This document shows positions 45,605 through 54,859 of a DNA stretch of 64,000 bases, one piece after another. Each line of letters begins with the position of its first letter. Position 1 is the stretch's first letter. The position numbers and the translations under genes were made by a program. The DNA is from an uncultured Planctomycetaceae bacterium (GTDB lineage: Bacteria; Planctomycetota; Planctomycetia; Pirellulales; Lacipirellulaceae), in the NCBI GenBank assembly GCA_964353155.1, contig CAYGUP010000012.1, forward strand, positions 4,828-68,827, written 5' to 3'. Under the pieces are notes generated by a model. The model was not told where the DNA came from. It saw only the letters and a program-made list of their open reading frames with translations, and did no database searches.

Positions 45605-46267
45605 CTACGCCGCGGGCGGTTCGCGGTCGGCGATGACCTTCGCCGGGCAGCCGCCGACGACCTTCGCGGGCGGCACATCGCGGGTAACCGAACTGCCGGC
45701 CGCCACGAGGGCGTTCGGGCCGACCGTCACGCCGCCCAAGACCAAGGCCCCGGCCGCCACCCAGGAGCCATCTTCCAGGGCGATCGGTCCGCACTTCAGG
45801 TCGAAGCCGCGGCTCCGATGGTCGTGCCCGCCGGTGCACAGGTAGGCCCGCTGCGAGACACACACGTGGTTGCCGATCCGTACCTCAACCAGGTTGTCGA
45901 TCCAGGCCTCCTGGCCGATCCAGACATGGTCCCCGATCGCCAGCCGCCAGGGGTACTTGATCCGAACGTTGGGCTTGATCGTGACCTTGGTGCCGACCTG
46001 GGCCCCAAACGCCCGCAGGATCGAGGGCTTCAATCGGGTCGCGATGAACCAACCCGACTCGAAGAACCAGAGACTAACGAAGTACCAAACGACCTGCACC
46101 AGCTTTCCCCGCCCCGGGCGATAGTCTCCGGGCGTGTAGCTCGACAGGTCGATCCAGGCTTCGGTCGGCGGTGGTGAGTCGTTATCGGGCAACGGGCTTC
46201 TTGGTTGAGACGGCGAGAGAAAGCCGGGGGGCGACTCGCGGCGATCACTCGGCTTTGTAGAGCCCAT
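45605..46267 (-). CDS. wcaF: WcaF-like hexapeptide acetyltransferase (true start probably downstream of 46267)
   Basis: LRAFGAQVG, IKYPWRLAIGDHVWIG, VSQRAYLCTGGHD, VVGGCPAK. Confidence 0.88.
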   Translation of the reverse strand: MGSTKPSDRRESPPGFLSPSQPRSPLPDNDSPPPTEAWIDLSSYTPGDYRPGRGKLVQVVWYFVSLWFFESGWFIATRLKPSILRAFGAQVGTKVTIKPNVRIKYPWRLAIGDHVWIGQEAWIDNLVEVRIGNHVCVSQRAYLCTGGHDHRSRGFDLKCGPIALEDGSWVAAGALVLGGVTVGPNALVAAGSSVTRDVPPAKVVGGCPAKVIADREPPAA

Positions 46268-46847
46268 CGGCTAGGAGCATCAGCGCGTCACCGACCTGCT
46301 GGACCTCGCCGCGGACGACCACCTTGTCGCCCTGCTCCAGGCCGAAGGCCTCCCGGCTATCGATCATGATCGGCTTGCCCGCTTCGCTCGGGAAACTCAC
46401 CGACACGACGCTGTTGGCGTGCTTCTGGGCTTCGCGGCGGCAGAACGGGCAGTCGTGGTCGATCCCCTCTTCGCCGGCGTGGGCAACGAACTCCTCGACG
46501 ATCGAGCCATCCACCAAGTAGAAGGTCGCTTCGCCGGCCTTCCACGGGAAGTCGGTCACGTCCTCGCCGAACGGGTTGAGGATGCCGCCGACCACGCCGG
46601 TCATCACAACACGGCCGTCGGCCGGCTCGTCGGCCTGGGGCGTGGCGGCCAGGTCGGGAACGCCGTCATCAACCTGCGAAGCGAGGTAACCGAGCGGCGT
46701 GACCGCCCCGGCGGGCTCGACCTCCAGCACGTAGCGGCTCTGTAGCTCGGAGATCACCGCCGGATCGGGTCCGGCCGGCTTGCTATCACACCCCGGCAGG
46801 CCGATGGCGGCGAGGGCGACAAAGAGCAGGCTCTGCGGGGCTTTCAT
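46245..46847 (-). CDS. Hypothetical lipoprotein with CPFC motif and OB-fold-like C-terminus
   Basis: Lipobox LPGC; HAGEEGIDHDCPFC; VVVRGEV. Confidence 0.7.
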   Translation of the reverse strand: MKAPQSLLFVALAAIGLPGCDSKPAGPDPAVISELQSRYVLEVEPAGAVTPLGYLASQVDDGVPDLAATPQADEPADGRVVMTGVVGGILNPFGEDVTDFPWKAGEATFYLVDGSIVEEFVAHAGEEGIDHDCPFCRREAQKHANSVVSVSFPSEAGKPIMIDSREAFGLEQGDKVVVRGEVQQVGDALMLLADGLYKAE

Positions 46848-47067
46848 GCTTGGGACGCGGCGTTGGGTGCTTGGGAGGGTCGCGGGCGAGTCTTCCATTC
46901 TATCGGCTTCGGCCCGGTGGGATGGAGGGCGGATTTTTTTCTCCGACGCCGCAAGATCGCCCCGCGGTCCGCGAAGTCCTGATTGTCAGCCGACTTTTTC
47001 GGCCGTTTCGCTCAATCCGGTGACGCCCTCCGCCACCCCCAACGCTCGCAATCGGGGAACCCAAGCC

Positions 47068-47910
47068 ATGCTCAAGAAGATCGTCGTTACTACTGTCCTG
47101 GCCGCCCTCGTGGGTGGCGTTACGCTCGGCACCGGCGTCGGAAGCTACGTCTCCACGGCGTGGAATCGCTGCACCGACAGCGTCGAACGGGCTGTGCCGG
47201 TCGAGTTCCAGCTCGATCGGGCCCGCCAGATGGTCCGCGACCTTGCCCCGGAAGTCCGGCGGTCGATGGAAGTGCTCGCCAAGGAAGAGATCGAATTGGA
47301 GCGGCTCGAAGAGCAGATCGACGCCGCCATCGAGCAGACCGCCAAGAGCAAGACCGAGATCATCCGCCTGCAATCGGACCTCGATTCCGACCGCGATGTC
47401 TTCCGCTACGCCGGCCGCAGCTACGAGCGGAACCAGGTGACCGAGGACCTCTCTCGGCGATTCACGCGGCACAAGATCGCCGACGAAACGCTCGCTCACT
47501 TACAAGACATGTACCACGCCCGCACCTCCAACTTGGATGCGGCCCGCCAGAAGCTCACGGCGATGATCGCCGCTCAGAAGAAGCTTGAGACCGATATCGT
47601 CAACCTGGAAGCCAAGCGACAACTCGTCGAAGTCGCCCAAGCCTCGAGCGACGTGGTCGCCCTAGACGAGAGCCAGTTGTCGCGGGCCAAGGGCCTGATC
47701 TCCGATATCCGTTCTCGGCTCGACGTGGCCTCACGCCTCGCCAACGCCGACACGACCTTCCCCGGCGAGATCCAACTGGACCCGGCTGCCTCCGAGGATG
47801 TGCGTGACCAAGTCGCCGCGTACTTCTCGCTGGAAGCCGGCACCGAGATCGCCAGCGTGAAGGAAGGCGGCAAGATCACCGCGGTCTCGGCGACGATCTC
47901 GCTCGACTGA
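47068..47910 (+). CDS. Membrane-anchored long coiled-coil protein
   Basis: N-terminal hydrophobic helix, then heptad-rich helices (IELERLEEQIDAAIEQ, QKKLETDIVNLEAK). Confidence 0.75.
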   Translation: MLKKIVVTTVLAALVGGVTLGTGVGSYVSTAWNRCTDSVERAVPVEFQLDRARQMVRDLAPEVRRSMEVLAKEEIELERLEEQIDAAIEQTAKSKTEIIRLQSDLDSDRDVFRYAGRSYERNQVTEDLSRRFTRHKIADETLAHLQDMYHARTSNLDAARQKLTAMIAAQKKLETDIVNLEAKRQLVEVAQASSDVVALDESQLSRAKGLISDIRSRLDVASRLANADTTFPGEIQLDPAASEDVRDQVAAYFSLEAGTEIASVKEGGKITAVSATISLD

Positions 47911-47932
47911 TCGACGACCCGTTCGATTGTCT

Positions 47933-48020
47933 CTGCAGGAGGCTTCTCTCGAAGCCGATTCCGGGCTGCCAGCCACAACGGCCGTCACACCGCGATCGGC
48001 GTCAGAGACGCCTCCTGCAG
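47933..48020. repeat. GTGGGAG-type REP doublet, copy 2
   Basis: ctgcaggaggcttctctcgaagccgat (47933-47959) / atcggcgtcagagacgcctcctgcag (47995-48020). Confidence 0.78.
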
Positions 48021-48064
48021 TTTTGTTGTTACGATCCCCTCCCCCCTCGCGACGCCGCGGTACG

Positions 48065-48817
48065 ATGCCTCTCGCGACCGACGACACGCCGACCCAGTGG
48101 TACAAAGCTTCGAGCCGGGTCGGCGAGATTTCCCTCCGCTTGCGTCAGACGACCCGGGCGGGCGGTTCCTCCGAGGAACAGACCGTGCCAGGCAAAGCGA
48201 CAAGCGACCGACGCGATCAGCGGATGCTGTGGGTCGATGGGGTCGGCGGCTATCTCGTGTCGCTCGACGAGGAGATCACCTTCGGCCAACCCACGGCCCC
48301 CGGCGGCGAGAGTTCCCACCACGGGCCGACCCTCGCCATCCTGGCCGACTTGTCGCGGCGTCACGCCAAGCTCGCCCGCACCGGCGGCCGCTACGTGCTG
48401 ACGCCCTACAGCGAGACCACCGTCGAGGGCAAGCCGATCGACGGACCGACCGTGCTGGCCGATGGCGTGCGATTCGAGCTCGGCAGCGTGCAGTTCCGAC
48501 TCAGTCGGCCCCACGCCCTCAGTGCCTCGGCCCTGTTGACGATCGAGAGCGGCCACCGCACCGCCCCCGCGGCCGACGCCGTGCTGCTGATGGCCGAGAG
48601 CTGTGTCCTCGGGCCGAAACCGCACAGCCACATCCGTTGCCCGGCTTGGACCGACGAGGCAATCCTCTTCCGCGGCAGCGACGGACTCGTCTGCCGCGCG
48701 ACCGGCGGGCTGCTCGTCGATGGCAAGCGGTGCGACGGACCGATCCCGATTATTCCCGGCCAGCGGATTGAGGGGCAAGATTTCGCTCTGTGCGTCGAAG
48801 AGGTGAATGAGGCCTGA
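48065..48817 (+). CDS. FHA domain-containing protein
   Basis: ITFGQ, ADLSRRHAKL, ETTVEGKPI, VLADGVRFELG; second degenerate FHA-like half. Start uncertain. Confidence 0.78.
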   Translation: MPLATDDTPTQWYKASSRVGEISLRLRQTTRAGGSSEEQTVPGKATSDRRDQRMLWVDGVGGYLVSLDEEITFGQPTAPGGESSHHGPTLAILADLSRRHAKLARTGGRYVLTPYSETTVEGKPIDGPTVLADGVRFELGSVQFRLSRPHALSASALLTIESGHRTAPAADAVLLMAESCVLGPKPHSHIRCPAWTDEAILFRGSDGLVCRATGGLLVDGKRCDGPIPIIPGQRIEGQDFALCVEEVNEA

Positions 48818-48883
48818 GGCTTAAGGGATGAGGCCCGCCTGAAAGAAAGGACTGCTGCCGCGACCCTCACCCCTCAAGTCTCA
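48815..48883. repeat. 7-bp periodic intergenic inverted repeat
   Basis: tgaggcttaagggatgagg (48815-48833) vs reverse complement of 48865-48883, 16/19. Confidence 0.7.
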
Positions 48884-48938
48884 CGCTTCACCGACTAGAC
48901 TGATGTTCGCCTCCACCCTCCTCCGCAAACGTTCCGCC

Positions 48939-50948
48939 ATGTCGCAAGATGCGTCACCCGCTGCGAACGACGACGCCGAGGCAGGCGAACCGCCTTCGGC
49001 CGGCTCGAAAAGCCGTAAAGCGGCCCGCTACCAGTACGCCACCGGCGATACGCCGCTCGATGGCTACACCATCAAGCGGGGCGTCGGCCGTGGCGGCTTC
49101 GGCGAGGTCTACTTCGCCACCAGCGAGGCCGGCAAAGAGGTCGCGCTGAAGCTCATCCGCCGCAACCTCGATATCGAGCTCCGCGGCGTTCGGCAGTGCC
49201 TCAACCTGAAGCACCCGAACCTCGTTGCGCTTTACGACCTGCGGACCGACTCCATCGACGACCAATGGGTCGTCATGGAGTTCGTCAACGGCGAATCGCT
49301 CGAAGACGCCATCAACCGCCACCCCGAGGGGATGCCGGTCGACGAGGCCCTCCAATGGCTCCGCGGCATCGCGGCGGGCGTCGGTTACCTGCACTCCAGC
49401 GGCATCGTCCACCGCGACCTGAAGCCGGGCAATATCTACCTCGAACGGGGCAGCGAGCCGATCGGCCAACGCATAAAGATCGGCGACTACGGCCTCTCGA
49501 AGTTCATCTCAACCAGCCGCCGCAGCGGACAGACCGAGTCGGTCGGCACGGTCCATTACATGGCGCCCGAGATCGCCGGCGGCCGGTACGGACGCGAGAT
49601 CGACACGTACGCCCTCGGCGTGATCCTCTACGAGATGCTCACCGGCCACGTGCCGTTCGAGGGCGAGAGCGTCGGCGAGGTGCTCATGAAACACCTCACC
49701 GCCGAGCCCAAGCTCGACGCGGTCGAGGAGCCCTACCGGACGATCGTTGCGCGTGCCTTGGCGAAGGACCCCGAGTCGCGGCTCTCGAATGTCGAAGAGA
49801 TGATCGCGTTGCTCCCGTCGGATCAACCGATACAGCAACTCCCGCCCGATGCGCAAGCACCAATCACGCCGACCGTCGGCGAGGTCTGGACGCCCGTCTC
49901 TCGGCCGCCGCACACGGACCACCCGAAGCCGCCACGCGAACCGCTGTGGGAAGGCTTGGTCAACCTGACGGACGAGCTCCGCACGAGCTGGCGCGGCTGG
50001 AGCGCCCCGCCGCTCGGCAAGGGGTTGGTTCTCTTTGGCATGGTCTCCGCGGCGCTGGTCACCTCGCCGGCGTGGCTGGGGGTTGCGGGCTCGCTCGCCT
50101 TCTTTTACCTCGTTTACTACGTCATCTGGGCGGCGTTCCTGCAGGGCACCGTTGCGACGCCAAGCACGCCTACCGCCACGGTAGCCCCGGCAAAAATCAA
50201 ACCGTCCTCGCCGCCTCGCAAGCGATACAACTGGCGTGCCGCCGCGATGCGCGAGCGGGCCAAGCGGACCGCCCGCCAGAAGGCGTCCACGCTGACCGGC
50301 TCGATGCTCGTTGCCGCGTGCTTCGCCCTCCTCGCCGGAGTGGTCGCGGGGCCGCTGCTGACGAAGGGGACCCCGATCGACACCGTCGCCCTCGGCACCT
50401 GGTTCGCCGTGGTCGCGACAGTCGGGTCATGGGGCGTGCTGGTCTCGAGCACCCTGGCCGAGACACGCTTCGAGGACCACCTCCCCCGCCGTGGCATGCA
50501 GTTGCTGGCCGGGATGATCGTCGGGGCCATCGCCTTCGGCGCGGCCAGCCTGCTCGGTCTCGACCTGCCATTCCGAGACATGACCTTCGACTCCCGAGAG
50601 AGTCTCCTCAACAACTTCTTCAATATCGATCTGTACCAAGGGACGCGGCACTCGCACAACACATCGGCCATTCCGATCGCCGGCTCGCTCGCTTACTTCG
50701 GCTCCCTCTTCCTGATCCTCCGCTGGTGGCAGACGACGCTCTACACCCGGCGGAGCCGGATCAGCTTATGGTCGATCTTCGCGGCCGGCCTGGGGGCTTG
50801 GCTCGTCTCGATCTTCGCCTGGTACCCGCAGCCGACCGGCCTCGCCCTCGCCGCGGCGATCGCCTTGGCGGTCCAGGCCGCCAGCCCGTGGTGCCCGCCC
50901 AGCAAGCGAGCCGCCCTCGCCCGCGGCGTTGAAGGAGGTGCGGCATGA
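48939..50948 (+). CDS. Ser/Thr protein kinase (Hanks type) with C-terminal multi-TM region
   Basis: GRGGFGEVY, VALK, HRDLKPGN, DYG, GTVHYMAPE; several hydrophobic helices in the C-terminal third. Confidence 0.95.
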   Translation: MSQDASPAANDDAEAGEPPSAGSKSRKAARYQYATGDTPLDGYTIKRGVGRGGFGEVYFATSEAGKEVALKLIRRNLDIELRGVRQCLNLKHPNLVALYDLRTDSIDDQWVVMEFVNGESLEDAINRHPEGMPVDEALQWLRGIAAGVGYLHSSGIVHRDLKPGNIYLERGSEPIGQRIKIGDYGLSKFISTSRRSGQTESVGTVHYMAPEIAGGRYGREIDTYALGVILYEMLTGHVPFEGESVGEVLMKHLTAEPKLDAVEEPYRTIVARALAKDPESRLSNVEEMIALLPSDQPIQQLPPDAQAPITPTVGEVWTPVSRPPHTDHPKPPREPLWEGLVNLTDELRTSWRGWSAPPLGKGLVLFGMVSAALVTSPAWLGVAGSLAFFYLVYYVIWAAFLQGTVATPSTPTATVAPAKIKPSSPPRKRYNWRAAAMRERAKRTARQKASTLTGSMLVAACFALLAGVVAGPLLTKGTPIDTVALGTWFAVVATVGSWGVLVSSTLAETRFEDHLPRRGMQLLAGMIVGAIAFGAASLLGLDLPFRDMTFDSRESLLNNFFNIDLYQGTRHSHNTSAIPIAGSLAYFGSLFLILRWWQTTLYTRRSRISLWSIFAAGLGAWLVSIFAWYPQPTGLALAAAIALAVQAASPWCPPSKRAALARGVEGGAA

Positions 50949-52129
50949 CAGCCGGTATTGGTCTCGTTTCGATCTTCGCCCTACTGGCCCTTGGGTTCTT
51001 CGCCTTGCTGCTGGTCGCCGGCGTCGTCGCCGCGATCCGCCACGGGCGTTGGGGGATTGTGCTGTTGCTCGGGTTTGTAGCCTCCGTGCTGTTCCTCTTG
51101 CCGTTTGCGATGTTCGTCGGCTACGCCCGCGTGCAAAGTGACTTCGGCGGCACGCCAAGCTTCGCTCCCCTGAACTCTCTGGATCGCCCAAGGCTCTCGG
51201 CCTCAATGCCGGCGGCCGAAGTCGCCAGCGACGCCGAACTCCTGGCAATCGCCAGCCCCGCACCGCAGATCGATCTCGATCAACCCGCCGCCACCAACGC
51301 GAAAGACAAGGGAGCGTCCGGGCTCCCCGATTGGATCGACGCCAAGGCAAAGCTCCACGATAAGGTAATCGCCGCGGGGCCCTATCTCACCCAGGCCGAG
51401 TGTGCCGAAGACATCCAAAAGCAAACCCTCGCTTGGCTTTGCGAGAAGGCGGGGATCGATTGCCCAGAACAGGTGCCGGCCAACTGCGAAAAGCTGCTCG
51501 ACGACCTGATGCGACGGACCCATCTGACTCGGCGGCTTTCAAAAGAAGGGATCATCTACCTGCAATACGCACGCGTTCACTCCAGCGATCGCGTTGTCGA
51601 GTTGATCCGAAAGAAGATCGCCGCCGTTGCTGACTCGGTCGGATCAGAGCAACCCGCGGTCGCCAAGAGCGAGAAGGACAACAAGCGTCCCGGCTGGGTC
51701 GATGGCGATATCACCGCCGCGCAAAAGGTCTTCACGTCCGGCCCGTTCACCACGCCCGAACAAGGCCGCGAAGACGCCCGGCGGCAACTGGCCGAGTGGG
51801 TCTGGCGCGAGGCCCGAGGCGACAACGCAGACGCCCCCGAAGCCTGGGGCGTCGCCTCCTCGGAGGTCGAGGGCCGCTTCGACAAGGAGCGTTACTTAGA
51901 GAAACGCGACACCTCGGTCGGCGAGGTCTACCTGCTCTACACGCTCGGCGAGATCGACGACGCCGACCAAGAATGGCTCGACAATCGCGTCCGCTTCTGG
52001 GTCCAGAAGTCTCAACGCGAAACAGGCCTCCGCACGCTCGCGGTCGGCGGCGGCTTGATGCTGGGGGCCCTCGGTCTGCTGCACGGCGTCCTGAGGACCG
52101 GCGGCCGGCATTCCGACGAAGCCCCGTAA
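50945..52129 (+). CDS. Membrane protein with tandem-duplicated extracytoplasmic domain
   Basis: N-terminal TMs and one C-terminal TM; repeats PDWID..KVIAAGPYLT..IYLQY and PGWVD..KVFTSGPFTT..VYLLY; ATGA overlap with the kinase gene. Confidence 0.72.
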   Translation: MTAGIGLVSIFALLALGFFALLLVAGVVAAIRHGRWGIVLLLGFVASVLFLLPFAMFVGYARVQSDFGGTPSFAPLNSLDRPRLSASMPAAEVASDAELLAIASPAPQIDLDQPAATNAKDKGASGLPDWIDAKAKLHDKVIAAGPYLTQAECAEDIQKQTLAWLCEKAGIDCPEQVPANCEKLLDDLMRRTHLTRRLSKEGIIYLQYARVHSSDRVVELIRKKIAAVADSVGSEQPAVAKSEKDNKRPGWVDGDITAAQKVFTSGPFTTPEQGREDARRQLAEWVWREARGDNADAPEAWGVASSEVEGRFDKERYLEKRDTSVGEVYLLYTLGEIDDADQEWLDNRVRFWVQKSQRETGLRTLAVGGGLMLGALGLLHGVLRTGGRHSDEAP

Positions 52130-52298
52130 AACGGCGCAGCGTCCGGACCGATCGCCACCGCGAGCCGTCGGATGATCCCAGCCGGGCGGGGCCACCTTCG
52201 GATGGGTCTGACGAGTCACGATTGCAACCTCTCCCCTCACTGCCAATACTACGGCTAGGCGCACCAACCCTTATCGCTTGTTCACCTGTCTCTCCACG

Positions 52299-52988
52299 AT
52301 GTCTGATCGCCACGCCCCTATCGACGACGTGGCCGCCACGGAGCCGGAAGTCTCGCCCGAGTCGTTGCTGGTCGTCGATATCCGCCACGGCAAGCCGGAC
52401 GCGTGGAAGCGGCTGATCGATGAGTTCGAGGGCCGCCTGCTGGCGTTCGTGCGGAGCCGGCTGGGGACACAGCGTTCCAGCGCGAGCGAGGACGTGGTCC
52501 AAGAGACCTTCATCGGGTTCCTCAACAGCCTGCCGAACTACGACGCCCGCCGCCCGCTCGAAGGCTGGCTCTTCTCGATCGCCGCCCACAAGCTGACCGA
52601 CCACCTCCGCCGCGAGGGCCGCCGCCCCGCGGTCACGCTCTCCAGCACCGAGGGCGACTCGGGCGGCGCCTGGGACCTGCCCGGCTCCGACCGCAAGGCG
52701 AGCACCATCGCCCGCAGCGGCGAACGCCGCCAGCTCGAAGAGGCCGCCCTCGCCGAAGCCCTCGAAGAGCAGATCGCCGTCTGGCGCGAGCGGGGCGACT
52801 GGCCCAAGATCAAGACCATGGAGCTGCTCTTCGTCCGCGGCCTCGGCAACAAGCAGGTCACGGAGCTCGTCGGCCTCACCGAGCAGCAAGTCGCCAACTT
52901 CAAGTTCGACTTCCTCGCCAACCTCAAGAAGCGGCTGAAGAAGCAGGGCCTCAACGAAGAAGTCTTCCCGGAGCTCGCCTCGACCTAG
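52299..52988 (+). CDS. ECF sigma factor
   Basis: AWKRLIDEFEGRLLAFVRSRL, SEDVVQETF, WLFSIAAHKLTDHLRR, GLGNKQVTELVG. Confidence 0.92.
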   Translation: MSDRHAPIDDVAATEPEVSPESLLVVDIRHGKPDAWKRLIDEFEGRLLAFVRSRLGTQRSSASEDVVQETFIGFLNSLPNYDARRPLEGWLFSIAAHKLTDHLRREGRRPAVTLSSTEGDSGGAWDLPGSDRKASTIARSGERRQLEEAALAEALEEQIAVWRERGDWPKIKTMELLFVRGLGNKQVTELVGLTEQQVANFKFDFLANLKKRLKKQGLNEEVFPELAST

Positions 52989-53004
52989 CTGGCTTATCCC
53001 TATA

Positions 53005-53176
53005 AAGGGAGATGAGGGGGATCGTTGGGGATAGGGGGGATCGTGTCCGCCACGGTTTATTCCTTCTGGAGGACGCTCCCCGATCGACTGTCAATCAAGT
53101 CTGCTTTTTGCTCCGGAAAGCTCAAACCCACCAAGCGGCCATCTCCTTATCTCCAACCATCTCCCTCATCTCCCTT
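53005..53176. repeat. 9-bp periodic intergenic inverted repeat
   Basis: aagggagatgagggggatcgttggggata (from 53005) pairs with 53141-53176 (reverse complement aagggagatgagggagatggttggagata); first 14 nt identical. Confidence 0.75.
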
Positions 53177-53198
53177 CCTAACGCCTCCCAGCAAACCG

Positions 53199-53606
53199 AT
53201 GCCTCAGTTCACCGACGCCGAACTCCAGGCCTACCTCGACGAGGCGGCCCCCGCCGAACAGGTCGTTGAGATCGAGAACGCGCTCCGCGAGGACGAGTCC
53301 CTGCGCGAGCAACTGGCGACCCTCGTCGCCGGCCGCGACGCCGGCCTGCACTCGCTGGGCGAGGTCTGGCGCCGGCGGCGGCTCACCTGCCCCTCGCGCG
53401 AGGAGCTCGGCAGCCACCTGCTCGGCGTGCTGCCCGAAGACCAAGCCGACTACATCGCATTCCACCTAGAGACCGTCGGCTGCCGCTGGTGCAACGCGAG
53501 CCTCGAAGACCTCCGCCAACAGCACGAGCAGGCCGAGGCCGAAGAGACCCCCCGCCGCCGCGGCAAGTACTTCGAGTCAAGCGTTGGACGTCTCAAGTCG
53601 TCCTAA
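53199..53606 (+). CDS. Soluble zinc-binding anti-sigma-like protein
   Basis: CPSREEL...HLETVGCRWC; N-terminal ligand-less repeat of the same fold; no TM. Confidence 0.8.
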   Translation: MPQFTDAELQAYLDEAAPAEQVVEIENALREDESLREQLATLVAGRDAGLHSLGEVWRRRRLTCPSREELGSHLLGVLPEDQADYIAFHLETVGCRWCNASLEDLRQQHEQAEAEETPRRRGKYFESSVGRLKSS

Positions 53607-53643
53607 GCAAACGACGGCCTTGTGGGAAGCATCACGATGGCCT

Positions 53644-53727
53644 TGTGGGAAGATCTCCCGATGCCGATAACGCACGTTTAGCCGAAACGGCTAGGACACT
53701 CCCATCGGCATCAGGAGATGCCTCCCA
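53644..53727. repeat. GTGGGAG-type REP doublet, copy 3
   Basis: tgtgggaagatctcccgatgccgat / atcggcatcaggagatgcctccca; internal tagccg-aaa-cggcta hairpin; 14-bp direct duplication at 53616 and 53639. Confidence 0.75.
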
Positions 53728-53756
53728 AAAGAGACCATAAACGGGCGGTCCGATCT

Positions 53757-54239
53757 CTAGTTCACCGCCGGCTGGCGGACGGCGGCGACCTCGCGCGGTT
53801 GCAGCGCCGGCTTGAGCAAGCGGGTCAGCTCCAGCGGCTCCATGAAGCCGGGCTTGCCCGCGAACGCCTTGCCTTGGGGCGTGATGAGCACCGTGGTCGG
53901 GAAGGCCCGGACCTTCAACGCGGCGACCTCTTCCGGGTGCTGGCTGGCGTGCAGCTTGAGCGGCACGAAGCCCCGCTCGACCAGGCGGCCGATCGCCGGC
54001 TCGTTCCAGGTCTCCTTCTCCATCTTCTTGCAGTAGCCGCAATGATCGCTGGTGATATAGGCGAGGATCGGCTTGCCGCTCAGGCGGGCCGCTTCGAGGG
54101 CCTCGCCCGGCTCATCGACCCAGTCGATCGACGGCCGCTCCGCCTCGCCCCGGTCGAAGAAAGGGAACTGGGCTTCGGCTAGCGAACCGGCGAGGAGCGT
54201 CAGCAGCAGGGCGGCGAGCGGCTTTGGCAGGTGAGACAC
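53757..54239 (-). CDS. Exported thioredoxin-fold protein
   Basis: Signal peptide; SDHCGYCKKM; FPTTVLI. Confidence 0.85.
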   Translation of the reverse strand: MSHLPKPLAALLLTLLAGSLAEAQFPFFDRGEAERPSIDWVDEPGEALEAARLSGKPILAYITSDHCGYCKKMEKETWNEPAIGRLVERGFVPLKLHASQHPEEVAALKVRAFPTTVLITPQGKAFAGKPGFMEPLELTRLLKPALQPREVAAVRQPAVN

Positions 54240-54451
54240 GGCAAGGGCTCCGGGCGATCAGGCGGGAATCGAAGACCCGGGTGGGTCTGACCCTAAAGAT
54301 CGGCCGTCGGGGCCGTGCCACTTCGTATCGAAGGACACACTCCGGGATTCCCGTCGGTCGGGAACGGTGAGGCATCCTACCAACCCGAACCGATCCGCCC
54401 CGAATCGGCCTGCCAAACAGGGCAAACCGTCCGCCATCGAAGAAAACCCCG

Positions 54452-54859
54452 CTACGGGTTTGCCATCACTTCCTGCTCGTACAGGTATTCCTCGATCTGC
54501 GGCTCGTACTGGTTGCTATCGAGCACCACCATCCCGATAAAGAGCACCAAGAACACGACCGAGGCGATCAGGATCACGCTGTTGATCAGCTTGTCGTGCT
54601 GCAGGTGCATGAAGATCACCGCGACCAGCAACGCCTTGGCGGTGGCGATCGTGAGCGTGATCGGCATATCGAGCCAAGACACGTCCAGCGGGTCCGGCAG
54701 TTCGATCGGCGAGTACGGCTCGACCCAGGCGGTCTCGATCCCGTCGAGCGGCAGTTGCGCCATCGCCACGGTCAGCAGCGTCAGGCCAACCAGGGCAGCG
54801 AACGTCGCCCAAAGCAACGCCGGGCTCGAGATATGGTGCGTGTGGGCTTCGTGCGACAT
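54452..54859 (-). CDS. ctaF: Cytochrome c oxidase subunit IV (caa3-type)
   Basis: ALVGLTLLTVA, IATAKALLVAVIFMHLQHD; last gene of the cox block. Confidence 0.88.
   Translation of the reverse strand: MSHEAHTHHISSPALLWATFAALVGLTLLTVAMAQLPLDGIETAWVEPYSPIELPDPLDVSWLDMPITLTIATAKALLVAVIFMHLQHDKLINSVILIASVVFLVLFIGMVVLDSNQYEPQIEEYLYEQEVMANP

Noticed and set aside
54417-54428. c-di-GMP-I riboswitch-like ACAGGGCAAACC
   Set aside because: No following GAAA-loop hairpin or GACGCAAAG segment, and no plus-strand gene downstream.
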